DNA of 63,693 nucleotides, filler included, from Licmophora abbreviata (Eukaryota), in the NCBI GenBank assembly GCA_900291995.1. It is 16 parts of 16 records of this genome, joined end to end, with 100 filler letters (N's around TTAATTAATTAA, not from the genome) between each part and the next. Parts side by side here need not be neighbours in the genome. Positions count along the whole stretch, not along the records: positions 57,006 to 60,844 come from OLMU01000391.1; positions 60,945 to 62,336 come from OLMU01000394.1; positions 62,437 to 63,693 come from OLMU01000410.1; 13 more parts are not named here. One strand, 5' to 3'. Positions within the stretch are counted from its first letter, which is position 1, and each line of letters starts with the position of its first letter. The notes beneath the pieces were generated by a model. It saw only the letters and a list, made by a program, of their open reading frames with translations, was not told the DNA's origin and made no database searches. Position numbers and translations under genes: made by a program. Below are positions 57,646 to 63,693 of this stretch, piece after piece.

Positions 57646-57960
57646 TCTGCCCACCAGCTTGGGCTAGGGATGAGGCATTCACCAGTGCTAGTGAGGCCTA
57701 GTTTCCCACTCCAGCAAGACTAGACTCATTAGCCCCTGCGACGGCTACTCTACCAACCCCAGTGCCGCCGCGCCATCTTTGCGTGGGACCGTGGGGATGA
57801 ACGAGAAAAGCGATGCCAACCGCGGCAGTTGCTTGTCCTCCCACTGGCTGGTCTGAGGCTCTAGTGAGTCCAGCCTCCAAACAACTACAAGTATGAAACT
57901 ATGACTGTTTTCTTCCACTGGGGAATGCCTCGCCCCTCCTATAAGAGCGGGTGGGACAGA
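57646..57960. repeat. Imperfect inverted repeat closing a structured ~315-nt terminus of the YR element
   Basis: 57672-57687 GAGGCATTCACCAGTG pairs with 57916-57931 (1 mismatch). 57646-57655 pairs with ~57950-57960. Internal hairpin 57687-57733. Confidence 0.75.
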
Positions 57961-57999
57961 CTAGCTATCTAGATCTGGAGAGTGCTACTAGCTAGCTAC

Positions 58000-60844
58000 T
58001 CTACGAGCTACAGCTAAAATGGGCAGTGGATGCAGCAGAAACAGTCAAGAAGCACCCTACCGGCCTTGTATGTCCTTCTTGCTTGAGGTTTCCCTCTTCT
58101 GCTCCTGGTCCTGCTGTTAGGGTTATGATGTGGTGCCTCCTTGTCCTCCTTGACCCTGGTGCTAATTGAAATTCAACAATCAACCCGCCCTGGCCTAGCC
58201 AGCTCCTCATAGACCAGTCATACGGCTTTTGAGGGGCTGGCTTCTTCCCTTTGCATCTAGTAGTAGCTATGATAGACGAAATAGTGGAGTTTGGGGTGCT
58301 GGGGTAAGCCAAGAAGCCAGGCGGCCGTCACATAAAAATCACCATACGCTTATCTCGTACCTTACAGACACCGAACAACATTAACGCAGGGCTACGATTA
58401 CCATTTGGATAAGTCTGAAAAGAAAAATGGCTCCTACATATGATGGATGATCTCCATTCTCTCTTGCAATTCTAGGACAGGAGAGTTACCTGAGATGAGA
58501 AAATTGTGTCCTTTCCCTACAGACAAGCAATAGATTGGGAGAAGACCAACAAAGAATTCTATTTGATACCGCTGTATGCATCTGAGTTCGTCAGATAGAT
58601 TGAAATAGACGCGTGGTGCATTCTCAAAAGACACAACCAGACATTGAGTTCTTTTCATTACCCATAGATATATTAGAATCAATGGGCGTGGGTTGCACGG
58701 TGGCGAGAAAATCAAAGTTTATATTTGTTGCAAGCCATGCAAGCTCTCTGTTATCTTTCTTCTACCTTGTCTATGATTTCTTCAAGTGCCGTTTGTGCGA
58801 AAGCTAGCCAGCCACTGAGCTGGGTATGGTTCTGTCCGGGCCATGATCTGCCATCATGATGAGATCATTCTCCCTGGCATCACTCTCCCTGGCATCACTC
58901 TTGTGGGTATTTAATAGGCACTTCCATTTCAGTAGATAACGGGACTTATGATGTACGACAACTGGTTCTGATTCTCCTGCCGGAACTCAACGTTTTCAAG
59001 ACTTAGGTAGAGATTTCTAACTGCACCAGGAGGGAGCATCACTGTCTGTGGGGGGTTTCGAGAACCCTATTGATTGCCTGCTGGCTGCTTCAGGTCCGTA
59101 GTTCACTTCTGTAGGGAGCTCTTGGAATTATGGTGGCAAGGGTGAGAAGGACTGGAATGTCCAAAAGAAAGTGATTGTCCCCTTTATTCTTGGCACTGGC
59201 AGTCGGAGCTTGGGCAGGGACTTAGCCCTGCACTTTACAGCACAAAGAACAAAGTGTGTATGAGAGGATGGCCAAGAATACAAACAATAAGCCAGAAAGC
59301 AGAGGACTTACCCCTCCACCAGTGAGGGAAGCATCCGATACCTCCTGTCAGACCTTTCCACTTCCTGGTGGCTTCTTGTTGGTGTGGATAAGCATATTCA
59401 AAGAGCAACACTGGCAATCCGTAATCCATGGGAAGAAGAAGAAGAAGACCAAAGTAGCATGGGCCTGTCTGTGAGGGGATACACCACCATAGTTCCTATT
59501 GTCTCCTACCAGCAATCCAAGAAGGGGGAGTGGCCACAGGTGATGCCAATCACGGTATTTGTCCAATATGCTTGTGGGCTGGAGACAGTCCTTCCACAGT
59601 CCTTCCTTGTCTACTGGTGCCTTGTTGTTGGTCAGAAAGCTCTTCCATGTCAGGAACCAGATCTTTGACAGGAGCGTAACACAAAAACACAACCACGCAG
59701 AGTCAACCCAGCAGCCTCCTCCAACCTTGCCTGTGAACGTTTCTAGATCATGGTGGAAGTTAAAGCTAAACCGCCGTACATGGGCCTGGCACCTGGCACT
59801 GCTCTTGTCATGCAGCCGGCTGACACCCATGTTCAGTCCATAATCAATTGTATCACACAGGGATGGGGAGTCCTTTTTCAGTTTTCTAAACAGGAGAGGG
59901 GTGACCCAACCAGGGTCAGCAGCTCTGGGAAGGGCTGGCAGAAGGCCTCATAGGCCATGAACAGGGTAGAGGACAAGACCTGATTCAAGAGGGTTGATAG
60001 AGTATAGAGAGAGAGTTGGAGACATGCCTGGAAGATAGGGCTCTTGTTTGAAAGAGAAGACAATGCAACTCCTACCTGAAATATAGGCACCAGAGTATCC
60101 AGCACACATGGCTCCATGTTCATCCCCTTCTATGACTGGCCATCAACCCATTACTGCAAGACGTCCCAGACAAAATCGTCTTCCTCCAACTTTACCTCCA
60201 TGTGTACCGGCCTCATTGCCCCCCGCGACCGTGGAGGCCTCCATTTGTCTACCTTCAACCTCTTTAATGGGGAGGACGCATCTAGCTCCTTGAAGTGGTA
60301 CGTTTTGTTTGATGCTCTCTCCAGGATGACAGAGGGAAGAGACGAGGACTACAAAAAAGATTGGTCAGTTCATGTGCTGCCCTTGATGCTGTTGACATGG
60401 CGATGGGATAAAGAGTGTTCGCAAGAATAGGTATCTGTCGACAATAGGATCTTCATTATTGCCGCTATCACGAGAATTGACATCATATCTGTCGACAATA
60501 GGATCTTCACTATTGCCGCTAAGCAGTTGTTGGGAGGCCAGCCATGGTTCAGAGGATGAGAATGAACAGCATCTCAAGGGACAAAACATCTTTGTCAAGG
60601 GACACCGTGTCCCTAGTTCTCCAAGTTGTCGAACCTCCCATTCGTGAATACACAGGACTGAAATTTCTTTTTCTAGGGATGATGCTTCACATCAAAGATA
60701 GACATGAAATGCCTATCGTGGAGAACAAGCCATTCCTTAATCACCCGCTTCCGTCCACTCGGGCAGGCAAAATTTTCCACGGCATGGTTCATGTGGTGTG
60801 GCTTGGTGTGGTGGACATTGACAGCATCTCTTCAAACTGTTCTT
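58000..60844. pseudogene. CpG-depleted relic DNA, probably a decayed TE or foreign gene; no intact ORF
   Basis: Very few CG and abundant TG/CA relative to the CG-rich genes in the window. Only short stop-interrupted ORFs. Confidence 0.55.
60432..60521. repeat. Two-copy 36-bp direct repeat, 54-bp period
   Basis: TATCTGTCGACAATAGGATCTTCAYTATTGCCGCTA at 60432 and 60486. Confidence 0.9.
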
Positions 60845-61059
60845 NNNNNNNNNNNNNNNNNNNNNNNNNNNNNNNNNNNNNNNNNNNNTTAATTAATTAA
60901 NNNNNNNNNNNNNNNNNNNNNNNNNNNNNNNNNNNNNNNNNNNNATGGTGACCGAGAAAGGATGCTGTCAGAGGAGAAGGAGGGAGCAGGAGAGAACCTA
61001 GTTTTCACAATCAAAACAATTAGAAGTAGCTAGTTTTCGAATCATTGTCGAACGTTCGC

Positions 61060-62066
61060 TCAGTCCTTTGAGTTTTCTTTCGATGGGTCTTGCTGGTCAA
61101 GCATACTGGTAACTCTGCGGGCTAAAACAGCCGCGGGTGATGTGTCTTTACTTGGGTCCAAAAGAACTTCCTCTGCCACGCGGATTTCCTCTTTGGGTGT
61201 GATGAGCCCACCGTTGTTCAAGTGGCTCAGATCTAAAGAACAACAAGCAGTCATGGAAGTAAGTCTCGAATCTCATCAGACAAGACAAATGAAATGCCTT
61301 GTTTCCACAACACGTTCTTTAGTCGGTGCTATCCACTCCTCGATTGGCTTCTGCATGATCCGTGTTGCTTCGTGGTCTCGTGCTACTTACATCCACTCCA
61401 CCCGACCAGCACAACGTTCTGCACCAACACGCGGTGGTGCAGAGGAACATAATAGAAATTGAACGAGTGAATCACAGGCCATAGTCTCCAATGACGAAGC
61501 ATTGTCGGCCAAAGCATTGCGCTCGCCTTGTGATGTTTCTCGATTAAAATATCCAATGCACCAGTGTTTCGCTCCTCGTTGATCGAAGACACTGGCAAAG
61601 CCTGCAAGAAGTTTGTCAAAACATAGTAGGAATAAATGTAAAATGGCGCCGCAAGACCTTGATCTACAACCACCTTCGTCATCGTATTGGCAAGTCGGTA
61701 CTGGGAGACCGGAAGCCGGGATCCGACCATGGTCTCGAGAGCGCCCCACCAGTAGTGCAGAAACATCGTCGCGACGATCCCAAAAGCAGACCCACTCATA
61801 GCCCTTGAAAGGTCCCACTGTGATTGAAATTGAGTCTTTTTGTTTCGAGTAATGTACTGCGTTGCAGAATCGCTTGTGAAGAAAATGAGGGCTGCCGCGG
61901 TTGTCTTAGTCGCAAGCGGCCGTGAATCGAGTGCTCTCGCATACGCTTCCCAAGCGCGTTTCATTAGAGACCGACTCTGTTCTGGCGGCAGGTCAGAAAG
62001 CCTTCGTTTTGATACAAAACACGAGCTTTTATGAAGAGTAACGACTGTCCGAAATTGTCTCATCAT
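61060..62066 (-). CDS. Mpv17/PMP22 family membrane protein, 2 exons
   Basis: YARALDSRPLATK, KVVVDQ, WRLWPVIHSFNFYYVPLHHRVL. Intron 61390..61233 joins WSG|YLSHLN. Confidence 0.92.
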
Positions 62067-62436
62067 CGTCGCTGCGGACTAGTAAAGGCTGCGGGAGCTA
62101 CGCGAGAATACGAGCGACAGAGCGAAGAGCACAGCGAGAGCGAGCTTTGATGGTACTTGCTCGGACGCTGACTAGTTGCTTCTTACACTTCTTGCGCGGC
62201 TTGCGATGGATGCTCCTAGCGTGCTCGATTCTCCCCTAGCTCAACGACAGCGAGTGTTGACACACTACCTACCGCTATGGCGCCTGACCAATGAAGTTGC
62301 ACACCATCACATCACAGTGTGCCCAGTGCTGAAGAGNNNNNNNNNNNNNNNNNNNNNNNNNNNNNNNNNNNNNNNNNNNNTTAATTAATTAANNNNNNNN
62401 NNNNNNNNNNNNNNNNNNNNNNNNNNNNNNNNNNNN

Positions 62437-63693
62437 TTGTCCAGTTACCCGGTCTTTCCGCGAAACTACTGGTGATCTTGCACGCTGAGCTCCCTCGCTC
62501 AGAGAAAGTAATCACAAAGTGCACCAAACGTGCGGCTTCGCTGACGAGCGCGGTCACACCAGATGAGTCAGCGTGAGTCGAGGTTCTTGCTTTCCTCTCC
62601 TGCTCATAGATCAGCGAGTGCAGTTGTTGTAGTCTAAAGAACGCAAGAAATTGAAGCTCAGCGAGGGCAGAGGTCTGGCTATCTCTAGTCGCTTTCCAAG
62701 TCTCTTCCTCGAGAGCAGTCTTCGACAACACAGTAACAAGTATCTCTCCTGTCTGACGAGAAAACCACAAATCAGTGTCACCATCTGCTACTGGAACCTC
62801 GTCGAGCCAGAACGCGCACTTCGTCTGCAATTCTACGATCCAGCCGAGAAGCAGCAGAATCTGTCGCCTAACATGAATTTCCGACGATGTATTTCTCAGG
62901 GTTGGCCGAACTGCAAGCTCAACCACTTCGTTGCACCGTTGGGTCACATCTGAAGCTGTGTGACCATCAACTCGCGTGTTCCTAAGCAGAACAACAAAAA
63001 TGGAAGTCACAGCCGAGCTTACTACTCGATGAAATCTGGCTTTTGTCTCGTCGGACTCTTCTGCAAGGTTGAGATTATCCTTGATACTTGACGAAAGAGC
63101 ATGGAACAAGCCGCCTATCTGTCCATGAGGGCATTGGCGGACGGCCAGAGATAGTGCCGTGGCCACTTGTGGACAATGAATCAGGTGCCTGAGAGAAGTG
63201 ATAATTTTCTCTTTGGGTGGGTAGGAGTCGTTTTGGGAGGCCGCTCCCGAGATTTTCTGAGCGCTGCCGCTCAGTAGGCTGGTCGCTCCCAGTATCGATC
63301 CGAATAAATGGTCTAGTTGCCGGAGTTTACTGTACGTCACAACTAACGTGGACAAGAGATCAGCTTCGTCCGAAGCGTCACTGCCCTCATCGAGTGATCT
63401 AGTGCGACTTGCCATGGGAACCGCACAGAGCAGCAGAATTTGCGGGAGACGATCATGAACTGTGTGATGATTCAACCGTGTGAGCACGTCAATGCAGCGC
63501 AGAATCTCGGGTCGTACAACTCCTATACGGCATAGACGGTCCGTAACACTATCCAAAAAGGATAACTTTTTCCCATCCTTGTCGTCGTGCGATGGAAGAT
63601 ACGTATCATGATCCAGCAGTATCTTCAAGCTCTCGAGCAGTGCATTCGTGAGCAGAGACGTCTCGTTGGCCGTCATCGGACCGTCTTGTATCA
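62437..63693 (-). CDS. Internal fragment of a large alpha-helical protein, possibly URB2/Npa2-like; open at both ends
   Basis: Leu-rich helical ORF open to the window edge and to the gap. YSKLRQL motif is reminiscent of URB2. Confidence 0.45.

Noticed and set aside
57850..57900. Possible hammerhead ribozyme in the YR terminus
   Set aside because: No CTGATGA..GAAA core with the required stems.
60432..60521. 36-bp direct repeats resembling a CRISPR array
   Set aside because: Only two copies, an 18-bp spacer, a period divisible by 3, no cas genes, and a eukaryotic context.

Overview
Gene-dense eukaryotic nuclear DNA, most likely from a diatom or related ochrophyte. Evidence: short GT-AG introns, bipartite signal+'AF/AW/AL' plastid-targeting presequences, and nuclear-encoded plastid and mitochondrial proteins. 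The window is a scaffold of 16 contigs joined by 15 artificial 100-nt spacers (N44-TTAATTAATTAA-N44); several spacers interrupt genes. About 30 host genes are recognisable: GPDH, two fibrillins, a MOV10/SDE3 helicase, glycosyltransferase-like genes, golgin-84, a two-pore K+ channel, an RBR E3 ligase, EMC1, a CrtI-like desaturase, ClpS, a cyclophilin, Rad60/Esc2, a flavin monooxygenase, a mitochondrial carrier, two CCT genes, a BSD protein, NDUFAF3, stromal processing peptidase, VPS35, ATP synthase b, ClpR and Mpv17. Two non-host regions stand out. (1) At 43.7-47.1 kb, an intronless A/C-skewed element has a LINE-like CCHC knuckle, Cys clusters and a C-terminal Ulp1/SENP-type protease whose His-Asp and Gln-Cys halves are split by a +1 frameshift at CAA-TGA-T. 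(2) At 57.1-58.0 kb, a CpG-decayed tyrosine-recombinase (DIRS-like) remnant is followed by a ~315-nt self-complementary terminus and then ~2.8 kb of CpG-depleted relic DNA. All family calls are from motif recognition only; no searches were run.
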